A stretch of 48,046 nt of DNA from Gaiellaceae bacterium (GTDB lineage: Bacteria > Actinomycetota > Thermoleophilia > Gaiellales > Gaiellaceae). The first letter of the stretch is position 1. Every line of letters begins with the position of its first letter. The notes below the pieces were generated by a model. The model did no database searches. It was not told the origin of the DNA and worked only from the letters and a program-made list of their open reading frames with translations. The position numbers and the translations under genes are program-made. The stretch covers positions 1 to 48,046 of the forward strand of contig DATLPH010000002.1 in NCBI GenBank assembly GCA_035535855.1. Direction: 5' to 3'. Shown here piece by piece: positions 24,197 through 31,063 of the stretch.

Positions 24197-26196
24197 CCCA
24201 CTTTGACGCGTGAAAGGCCGAGCTCACGCTGGACAGCCTTGGCACGCTCGGCGATCTCGCGACGCAGCTCCGGCGGCTCGAGCACGACTGCCTCGCCACG
24301 GTAGGAGAGCACCTCGCCCATCAGCCACTCCGGGCTGCCGACCGGTCGCTCGGCCGCGGCCGAGCCGTCCTTCAGCATGCGCGCGCCCTTCTCGAGCTCC
24401 CAGCGCGCAATCACCTTCGAGTACCAGATGCGCGCCGTGCGCGCGTCCCGGAACTCATGCGGGTCGAAGCCCTCGCGCGGCTCGAAGTGCGCGCGCTGGA
24501 TTCGGGCGCTGCGCATCCGGTCGAGCCGGAAGGAGCGCTCGGCGTCGCGGGTGCGGTCCCACGTGTGGATGTACCAGTACGGCAACCGCCGCTCGAGCGA
24601 GTACGGCTCGACGAGGTGCGTCGAGACCTCGTCCTCGCCACCCTTGAGGTAGTCGATCTCGACCAGGCGGCGCTCGCGCAGGCCGTGGCTGAGCGTGCCG
24701 ACGAGGTCCTCTTCGGCGCGCTGCACGTGCGGCTCGGGGGTCTGGGCGAGCTCGAACTCGCCGAAGGTCTCCTCGAGCTTCGCGCGCACGCGGTCGAGGG
24801 CGGAGCCTGCGTCGGCTGCGATCATCGGGCCGACGAACTCGAGCGCGAGGCGGATCGCGCGCGCCTCGAGCGGGGTCAGTCGCGGCGGGGCACGGAAGGT
24901 GTCGCCGAACAGCTCCTTGTCGACGCGGATCGTGTCGCCGTCGAGCTCGGCGTAGACGGCGTAGCAGCCACCGCCGAAGTTGACGAGGTTGAGCAGCGAG
25001 AGGTGCTCCTCGAGCGCCTCGAACGGGATGTTGAAGCGGTCCACCAGCTCCTGAGCCGGGAACTCCGCCTGCGAGTCCTCGCCGCAGCGGTCGAGCAGGT
25101 AGGCCAGCAGCGCCTGCAGCACGGCGAAGCGCTCGGGCGCCACCGGCGCGGCCGGGCGCTCGGCGATCACCTCCACGAGCCCGTCGGTCTCGGCCGCGAG
25201 CCGCTTGGGAGCGCCCTCGTGACGCTCGCGCACGAGCTTCAGCGCGCGGGCGACCTCGCGCCGCAGATCCTCGGGCGCCTGCGGCACCGCGCGTCCGTCC
25301 TGGCGCAGCACCCACGAGGCGAGCAGCGGCAGGCTCGAGTATTCGGTCACGAAGACGCCGTCCTCGACCTTCGTCCCGAAGGTGCGCTCGACCCACCAGG
25401 CCGTGTCCCCGCCGACTTCGATGCGCGCCTCGCCGACCGGCTCGCCGATCTGCCAGGGCGGGCGGCCGCGGTATTGGTCGACGTCGAACTCGGCCGGGAG
25501 GCGGAAGTCGCGTTCGCGGCGCGTGGCGAAGCGGATCTCGCCGCGGATGCGCGAGACGCGGAACGTGCGCTCCGCCTCCGCCTCGAGGTCCTGCCCGACC
25601 ACGTACCAGGCTCCCGCGTCCTGGAAGAGCGCGTACGGGTTGACCGTCCGCTCGCGCTCCTCGTCGCGGGAGATCGACCAGTACGGGAACTTGACCGTGC
25701 GCTGCTTGGAGATCGCCGCCTCGAGCTTGCTCAGCCGCCCCTGCATCTCGGCGGAGTACTCCGGGTCGAGCACCTCGACGCGCATCGCGGTGTCCGTGGG
25801 CGCTTCGGCGAAGCCGGGCCTCCCGAGCGCGAGGTTCTGGAGCGCGAGCCGCAACGGCTCCGCGTAGGCGAATTTGCCCTCCAGCAGGTAGAGGCAGGTC
25901 TGCAGGGCCGCGAGCTCCTCGTCGGTGAGCTCGAGCGGCGGCAGGAAGTAGCGCTCGGAGCGCATGGTGTAGAGCTCCTCGCCCGTGTACTCGTCCCGCT
26001 GCGAGTGGAGCGGGACGCCCAGCGCGATCAGCTCGGCGCGGTCGGAGTAGAAGCGCCGGGCGAACGCCTCGTCCGACATCTCCTGGTAGCCCTCGACCTG
26101 GCCTTTGATGTCGCGCGCGGTCACCGCCCGCCGCTCCGCCATCAGAAAGGCGACGAGCGAGAGCTGACGGATCAGCTTGTCCGTGTCATGCGACAC
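24193..26196 (-). CDS. fused PafB-PafC-like transcriptional regulator (two HTH-WYL-WCX modules)
   Basis: The 667-aa ORF contains two modules. Module 1 is a wHTH (LIRQLSLVAFLMAERRAVTARDI) plus a WYL domain (RTVKFPYWSISRDEERERTVNPYALFQDAGAWYVVGQD...FRVSRI). Module 2 is an HTH region plus a WYL domain (RRLVEIDYLKGGEDEVSTHLVEPYSLERRLPYWYIHTWD...FRLDRM). Confidence 0.8.
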   Translation of the reverse strand: MSHDTDKLIRQLSLVAFLMAERRAVTARDIKGQVEGYQEMSDEAFARRFYSDRAELIALGVPLHSQRDEYTGEELYTMRSERYFLPPLELTDEELAALQTCLYLLEGKFAYAEPLRLALQNLALGRPGFAEAPTDTAMRVEVLDPEYSAEMQGRLSKLEAAISKQRTVKFPYWSISRDEERERTVNPYALFQDAGAWYVVGQDLEAEAERTFRVSRIRGEIRFATRRERDFRLPAEFDVDQYRGRPPWQIGEPVGEARIEVGGDTAWWVERTFGTKVEDGVFVTEYSSLPLLASWVLRQDGRAVPQAPEDLRREVARALKLVRERHEGAPKRLAAETDGLVEVIAERPAAPVAPERFAVLQALLAYLLDRCGEDSQAEFPAQELVDRFNIPFEALEEHLSLLNLVNFGGGCYAVYAELDGDTIRVDKELFGDTFRAPPRLTPLEARAIRLALEFVGPMIAADAGSALDRVRAKLEETFGEFELAQTPEPHVQRAEEDLVGTLSHGLRERRLVEIDYLKGGEDEVSTHLVEPYSLERRLPYWYIHTWDRTRDAERSFRLDRMRSARIQRAHFEPREGFDPHEFRDARTARIWYSKVIARWELEKGARMLKDGSAAAERPVGSPEWLMGEVLSYRGEAVVLEPPELRREIAERAKAVQRELGLSRVKVG

Positions 26197-26230
26197 CTCG
26201 GGCGAGACTATCGCCTAGCGGCGGCGCGGG

Positions 26231-26683
26231 CTACGCCGCGACCTTCGAGCGCTCGAGGTGCTGGTGCGACGGGCAGTAGTCGCGATCCGGCAACGGCGTG
26301 CGCTGGCACGGCTTGCCCTTGCGTGTGGTGGCGCGGCAGCGGGCGATCCCGCCGTCGAAGGCGCCGGCCTCGATCTGGCTCTCGATGAAGGCGACCGCCG
26401 CGGCGACGCCCTCGCGCACCGCCCAGGCGACCTGGGCCTGGCACGTGATCGGGAAGTAGCGGCGCAGGTCCTGGAAGAGGGCGCGGTCGGGCTTGGCGAA
26501 GTAGAGCGGGTCCTTGGCGAGGCGTTCCATCGTCTGCTCGCAGGCCTCGAGCACCTCGCGCCGGTACTGCACCCGCGTCTCGGGGGTGACGTAGGGGTCG
26601 ATGAGATCCTTGATCGACCGGTAGATCGCGCGTGAGTACTGATACATGCAGGCTTGAATCTGAAGCGTCCGCTCGTCCATCAA
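26231..26683 (-). CDS. hypothetical protein with a C-terminal Cys3-His zinc-knuckle-like motif
   Basis: The 150-aa ORF has high GC3. Its C-terminus is CRATTRKGKPCQRTPLPDRDYCPSHQH. It ends 34 bp upstream of the PafBC-like gene on the same strand. Confidence 0.65.
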   Translation of the reverse strand: MMDERTLQIQACMYQYSRAIYRSIKDLIDPYVTPETRVQYRREVLEACEQTMERLAKDPLYFAKPDRALFQDLRRYFPITCQAQVAWAVREGVAAAVAFIESQIEAGAFDGGIARCRATTRKGKPCQRTPLPDRDYCPSHQHLERSKVAA

Positions 26684-26688
26684 TCAGT

Positions 26689-26773
26689 ATCTCCGGCTCC
26701 TATTAATCTCCGGCAAAGCTTTGTTAATGGCGGGTTAATCTCTCCTGGCGGCTTGGCCGCGAGGCCGAGTCTA
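26689..26773 (-). promoter_or_regulatory. candidate promoter plus repeat-bearing 5' leader of the 26231-26683 gene
   Basis: On the minus strand, TTGTAA-16 nt-TAGACT is present (TAGACT is the complement of 26768-26773). Downstream, in an unusually AT-rich stretch, ATCTCCGGC occurs twice on the plus strand (26689-26697 and 26706-26714). TTAATCTC also occurs twice (26703-26710 and 26735-26742), with a third GTTAAT at 26723. Confidence 0.4.
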
Positions 26774-26827
26774 ACGAACCAGGGCCGTGTTACAAAGTCC
26801 GCTTCCCCGTCGCCTTCTGGGTAAACG

Positions 26828-27508
26828 TCACGGAGTGATTCGGCGGGGGTACGGATTGCGGAAGCCGTGACGGTGCGCATCGATGATGTGGCTCTGGGCG
26901 TCCGCCTCCGTGTCGTAGATCCCGAAGAAGACGACGAAGTAGCCGGGGTGGAGGCTTGAGAAGCGCGCCGAGTCGAGGACGCCGACCGGCTTCATGCCGA
27001 GCTGCAGGGCCTGCCGCGCCTCAGCGAGGGCGGCGCTGCGGCCGTTCACGGTCGGCACCGAGTCGAGCACGATCGTCCAGCCGCTCTTTCCTGCCGGCCA
27101 GGCAACGACTGCCGGGCGCGGGGGCGGAGGAGGTGGCGGCGTGGGGGTCCTGCCCGTGGTGGCCGTCGTCGGCGTGGTCGTGGTCGGCTCGGGCGGCGTT
27201 TCCGTGGACTCGCCGGTCGAAGGCTTGCCCTGCGTCAGGACGAGCGTGTCGTTCGCGGAGCTCGACTGGTCGGCGAGCCAGACCGCCGAGACGACGCCGG
27301 CGGCCACGGCGACCAGGAGCGCGAGCAGAGCGGGCCAGACCCAGTCGCCCGGGTACCAGCCGAGGTGGCGCCGCCACCTGGAGCCGAGCGCCGCCACGAG
27401 GCCGGAGCCGGCAGGCAGGCGCTGGCCGCACTCCAGGCAGTACTCCTGGCCCTCCCCGTACGGCGTGCCACAGCGGGGGCAGCGCCGCTCATCCTCGGGG
27501 TGCGCCAC
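26828..27508 (-). CDS. zinc-ribbon / TM / Pro-Thr linker / SPOR-domain protein
   Basis: The GTG start forms a TAGTG overlap with the upstream gene. The protein has a CPRCGTPYGEGQEYCLECG zinc ribbon, one TM helix and a PT-rich linker. The C-terminal SPOR-like domain reads GWTIVLDSVPT...AEARQALQLG...GYFVVFFGIYDTEADAQ. Confidence 0.8.
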   Translation of the reverse strand: MAHPEDERRCPRCGTPYGEGQEYCLECGQRLPAGSGLVAALGSRWRRHLGWYPGDWVWPALLALLVAVAAGVVSAVWLADQSSSANDTLVLTQGKPSTGESTETPPEPTTTTPTTATTGRTPTPPPPPPPRPAVVAWPAGKSGWTIVLDSVPTVNGRSAALAEARQALQLGMKPVGVLDSARFSSLHPGYFVVFFGIYDTEADAQSHIIDAHRHGFRNPYPRRITP

Positions 27509-28020
27509 TAGCGCTCCCAGGGATCGGCTGCGCGCAGGAACGTCTCGTCCGCGGCCTGCTCGGGCTCGGGCTCCGGCTCCGGCGTCGCGTCGGCATAGGC
27601 CTCGGCTTCAGCCTCCGCCTGGCTCGCCTCGACCGCGCGGCCGCAGTGGGCGCAGAAGGTCGCGTCTGCGGGGAGCGGATGGCCGCAGCCCTCGCAAGCG
27701 ACCACGGGCTCCCCGCCGACTGGCCGGCCGCAGTTGGCGCAGAAGTGCGAGCCCCAGGGAACGGGCGCGCCGCACTCGCAGGTCGTCGGCGCACGCCGCG
27801 CAGTCGCGACGGCCTGCAGCATCGAGTCGAGCTCGTGGATCCGCTCCTCGAGCGCGATGATCTCGCGGCAATGCTCGACCAGGAGCTCGTCGCGGAAGCT
27901 CGAGCGCCGGTACATCTCGAGCGTGAGGCCTCCCAGGTGGCGGATCCGCTCCTCGCGGGCCTTCACGATCGCCCGCCGCTCACGCCGTAGCGCGCCCGGT
28001 GACGGGGCGCGCCGGAGCAC
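27508..28020 (-). CDS. coiled-coil protein with a double zinc ribbon
   Basis: The CECGAPVPWGSHFCANCG and CEGCGHPLPADATFCAHCG motifs are present, with an acidic EAEAEA/PEPEPEPE tail. I chose the GTG at 28020 because GC3 drops upstream. GTG at 28092, 10 nt after a TAGACT box, is an alternative start. Confidence 0.7.
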   Translation of the reverse strand: MLRRAPSPGALRRERRAIVKAREERIRHLGGLTLEMYRRSSFRDELLVEHCREIIALEERIHELDSMLQAVATARRAPTTCECGAPVPWGSHFCANCGRPVGGEPVVACEGCGHPLPADATFCAHCGRAVEASQAEAEAEAYADATPEPEPEPEQAADETFLRAADPWER

Positions 28021-28127
28021 CCGCGGCGAGGTGGTCGCAGGACCGCCGCCAGATCGACTGCGAATGCGGTTTAGCAGGGAAAAACGCGCCACGAGCGGCG
28101 CGAGTCTAGCATCGGGGGAGGAGGCCT

Positions 28128-28283
28128 TTAGTGCCCCGGCTCGTTGGCGGCACGGCGCCCGAAGCCCGCCACGAGGGCGATGAACAGGAGCAGCCCGACG
28201 AGGCCGATAGTGACCCCGACCCACGGGATCACGAACCCGAAGACGATGCCGATCACCATCAGTGCGATTGCGAAGCCGATCAT
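28128..28283 (-). CDS. small hydrophobic membrane protein (51 aa)
   Basis: The sequence is MIGFAIALMVIGIVFGFVIPWVGVTIGLVGLLLFIALVAGFGRRAANEPGH, with two predicted TM helices and very high GC3. It starts 11 bp after the aldehyde dehydrogenase stop. The rest of the 194-aa track ORF is antisense shadow. Confidence 0.6.
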   Translation of the reverse strand: MIGFAIALMVIGIVFGFVIPWVGVTIGLVGLLLFIALVAGFGRRAANEPGH

Positions 28284-28294
28284 GTGCCCGGAAC

Positions 28295-29722
28295 CTAGAG
28301 GTCGATGACGACGAGCCGCTCCTCGGTCAGCTCGCGCACGGCATAGGCGGGCCCCTCGCGCGTGTTGCCCGAGTCCTTCACGCCGCCGTACGGCATCTGA
28401 TCGGAGCGGAAGGTCGGCGCCTCGTTGACGATCACGCCGCCGAACTCGAGCTCCTGCGCGGCGCGCATGGCGGAGTCGAGGCGGCTCGTGAAGATCCCTG
28501 CCTGCAGGCCATAGCGCGTGGAGTTCGCCAGCTCGATCGCCTCGTCGAGCGAGTCCACCGCGTTGATGGTGACGACCGGGCCGAAGACCTCGTCGCAGCT
28601 GACCTTCAGCTCGGGCGAGGCGTTCGCGATCACCGTCGGCGCGATCAGGCCGTCCTGCTCCTCGCCTCCGCTCAAGATCTCGGCGCCGGCAGAGCGCGCC
28701 TCTTCGATCCACTCGAGAATCCGCTCGCGGGCATCAGCGTCGATCACGGGTCCGACGTCGGTCTCCTCGTCGGCCGGGTCGCCGAGCTTCAGCGCCTGCA
28801 CGCGCGGGAGGAAGCTCTCGACGAAGGTCTCGTACGCGGGTCGCTCGACGTACAGCCGCTGCACCGAGATGCAGCTCTGGCCGGCGAAGGCGAAGGCGTT
28901 TGCGGCCATCGCCGTGGCGGCGGCCTCGACGTCGGCATCCGCCGTGACGATCACCGGGGTCGCGTTGCCGAGCTCGAGGCTGACCTTCTTGTGCGGCGCG
29001 CGCTCCTTCAGGCCCCAGCCGACGCCCCCCGACCCGGTGAAGGTGATCGCCTTCACGCGCTCGTCCTCGACCAGCACGTCGCCGATCTCGGAGGACGGCC
29101 CGACGACGACGCTGAGCCAGCCCGGCGGCAGCCCCGCCTCCTCCTCGAGCTCCGCGAGCAGGAGGGCCGAGAGGGGAGTCTGGCTCGCGGGCTTGAGCAC
29201 GACCGGGCAGCCGGCCGCCAGCGCAGGCGCCAGCTTGTGCGCGACGAGGTTCAGCGGGAAGTTGAACGGCGAGATCGCGCCGACGATCCCGATCGGCCGG
29301 CGCAGCGTGAAGCCGAGCTTGCCCTCGCCGGCCTGGGCCGCGTCCATCGGCACCATCTCTCCCGCGAGCTTGCGCGCCTCGACCGCGGCGAAGGTGTACG
29401 TGGACATCGCGCGCTTGGCCTCGACCCGCGCCGCCTTCATCGGCTTGCCCGCCTCGTCGGAGATCTGCCGCGCGACTTCGTCCTGCCTCCGGGCGAGGCC
29501 GGCGACCACCTTCACGAGGATCTCGGCCCGCCTGTGCGCCGGGAGCGGCTCGCGCAGCGCCTGCTCGGCCGCGTCGATTGCGCGCCTCGTCTCGTCCGCT
29601 TCGCCCTTGGCGACTCGTCCGACGACGTCGCCGGAGTACGGAGAGCGCACCTCGAGCCAGTCGCCCGTCTCGACCCACTCGCCGGCGACGAAGAGCTTGC
29701 GCTCGGTGGTCGTCGTGGCCAC
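28295..29722 (-). CDS. NAD(P)-dependent aldehyde dehydrogenase
   Basis: The 475-aa ORF has SPFNFPLNL, the catalytic LELGNATP glutamate motif and the FAGQSCISVQR cysteine motif. The start is GTG. Confidence 0.92.
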   Translation of the reverse strand: MATTTTERKLFVAGEWVETGDWLEVRSPYSGDVVGRVAKGEADETRRAIDAAEQALREPLPAHRRAEILVKVVAGLARRQDEVARQISDEAGKPMKAARVEAKRAMSTYTFAAVEARKLAGEMVPMDAAQAGEGKLGFTLRRPIGIVGAISPFNFPLNLVAHKLAPALAAGCPVVLKPASQTPLSALLLAELEEEAGLPPGWLSVVVGPSSEIGDVLVEDERVKAITFTGSGGVGWGLKERAPHKKVSLELGNATPVIVTADADVEAAATAMAANAFAFAGQSCISVQRLYVERPAYETFVESFLPRVQALKLGDPADEETDVGPVIDADARERILEWIEEARSAGAEILSGGEEQDGLIAPTVIANASPELKVSCDEVFGPVVTINAVDSLDEAIELANSTRYGLQAGIFTSRLDSAMRAAQELEFGGVIVNEAPTFRSDQMPYGGVKDSGNTREGPAYAVRELTEERLVVIDL

Positions 29723-29728
29723 GCGGGC

Positions 29729-29735
29729 TAGTCTA
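29729..29735. promoter_or_regulatory. back-to-back -10-like boxes in a 21-bp divergent intergenic spacer (leaderless promoter candidates)
   Basis: The sequence is gCTAGTCTAGa. Plus-strand TAGTCT (29729-29734) lies 9 nt before the thiolase ATG at 29744. Minus-strand TAGACT (29735-29730) lies 7 nt before the aldehyde dehydrogenase GTG at 29722. There is no room for a 5' UTR or SD on either side. Confidence 0.45.
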
Positions 29736-29743
29736 GAGCGGCG

Positions 29744-30895
29744 ATGGCGCGTGCCGATGCTCTGATCGTCGACGCCGTCCGCTCACCGATCGGCCGGCGG
29801 AACGGCACGCTGGCCAGCCTTCGTGCGGACGAGCTCGCTGGGCAGGTGCTGAACGGCCTCGCCGAGCGGAACGGGCTCGACCCAGCCGAGGTCGAGGACG
29901 TGCAGATGGGCTGCGTCTCCCAGGTCGGCGAGCAGGGCTGGAACATCGCGCGCATGGCTGCGCTCGTCGCCGGCTGGCCCGAGTCGGTTCCCGGGTCGAC
30001 CGTCGACCGGCAGTGCGGCTCTTCGCTGCAGGCGAACTTCAACGCGGCGGCCGCGGTGTGGTCGGGACAGCTCGACGTCGTCGTCGCGGCGGGCGTCGAG
30101 TCGATGTCGCGCGTGCCGATGGGCTCCAGCGGCGGCGATCTCTCGAACACGTTGCTCGAGCGATGGGAGATCGTGCCGCAGGGGATCGCGGCGGAGCTGA
30201 TCGCCGAGGAGTGGGGACTGTCGCGCGAGGAGCTCGACGCGTTCTCCTACGAGTCGCACCGGCGGGCGCTGAGCGCGATCGAGGAGGGGCGCTTCGAGCG
30301 CGAGATCGTTCCGGTCGAGGTCTCGAACCCTCACGCGGGCGTGCTCTTCGCGGTCGACGAGACACCGCGTGCTGACACCTCGCCGGAAGCGCTCGCCGCG
30401 CTCGAGCCGGCCTTCCTGCCCGAGGGGAAGGTGACGGCGGGGAACTCGAGCCAGATCTGCGACGGGGCGGCCGCCGTGCTCGTTGTGAGCGACGCGGCCT
30501 GCACGCGCCTGGGGCTCGAGCCTCGGGCGCGGTTCGTGTCGTTCGGCCTCGCCGGCGTCGACCCGCGGCTGATGCTGCACGGCAATCCGCAGGCGTGCGA
30601 GCGCGCCCTGGCCCGAGCGGGGCTCGGCTGGGACGACATCGCGGTCGTCGAGGTGAACGAGGCGTTCGCGTCGGTCGCGCTCCAGTTCATGCGCGATACA
30701 GGCCTCGAGGAGCGGTGGGCAGATGTGAACCCGAACGGCGGCGGCATCTCGCTCGGCCATCCACTCGGCGCGACGGGCGCGCGGGTGACGGCGACGCTCC
30801 TGAACGAGCTCGAACGGCGAGACGCGCGCTACGGCATGGCGACGATGTGCATCGGCTTCGGCCAGGCGATCGCCGCGGTCATCGAGCGTCTCTAG
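29744..30895 (+). CDS. acetyl-CoA C-acyltransferase (thiolase)
   Basis: The 383-aa ORF has the VDRQCGSSLQA active-site Cys, NEAFA, NPNGGGISLGHPLGATG and CIGFGQA motifs. Confidence 0.93.
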   Translation: MARADALIVDAVRSPIGRRNGTLASLRADELAGQVLNGLAERNGLDPAEVEDVQMGCVSQVGEQGWNIARMAALVAGWPESVPGSTVDRQCGSSLQANFNAAAAVWSGQLDVVVAAGVESMSRVPMGSSGGDLSNTLLERWEIVPQGIAAELIAEEWGLSREELDAFSYESHRRALSAIEEGRFEREIVPVEVSNPHAGVLFAVDETPRADTSPEALAALEPAFLPEGKVTAGNSSQICDGAAAVLVVSDAACTRLGLEPRARFVSFGLAGVDPRLMLHGNPQACERALARAGLGWDDIAVVEVNEAFASVALQFMRDTGLEERWADVNPNGGGISLGHPLGATGARVTATLLNELERRDARYGMATMCIGFGQAIAAVIERL

Positions 30896-31026
30896 GCTCG
30901 GAGCAGAGGACACACTTCCGGCACGAAGCCGTCACAGACACGTGACGATTTCGCCGCTACCCTCAAAAGCGGGGGCTAGGGGCCGAAGGCCCCCGGGGGG
31001 AAGAGGTTCACGCGTGCCCGTGAACT

Positions 31027-31047
31027 CGGAGCGCGGAGCGCGGAGCG
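31027..31047 (+). repeat. tandem heptamer CGGAGCG x3 in the thiolase-hbd spacer
   Basis: There are three perfect tandem copies (31027-31033, 31034-31040, 31041-31047). They lie immediately 3' of the hairpin GTTCACG-cgtgcc-CGTGAAC (31006-31025). Confidence 0.8.
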
Positions 31048-31063
31048 CATAGGATCGCGCGCC

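Noticed and set aside
24457-26388. 643-aa plus-strand ORF opposite the PafBC-like gene
   Set aside because: It is an antisense shadow ORF. The minus-strand product has two recognisable WYL modules, and the plus-strand product has none.
26680-26880. 66-aa minus-strand ORF upstream of the Zn-knuckle protein gene
   Set aside because: It lies in the AT-rich promoter/leader region and has poor GC3. It overlaps the 3' end of the SPOR gene and the start of the next gene, and I see no SD.
28092-28108. TAGACT box followed 10 nt later by an in-frame GTG as a leaderless start of the double zinc-ribbon gene
   Set aside because: This is plausible as a promoter. However, the 24 codons between GTG 28092 and GTG 28020 have clearly lower GC3 than the rest of the gene, so I kept 28020 as the start and record this only as an alternative.
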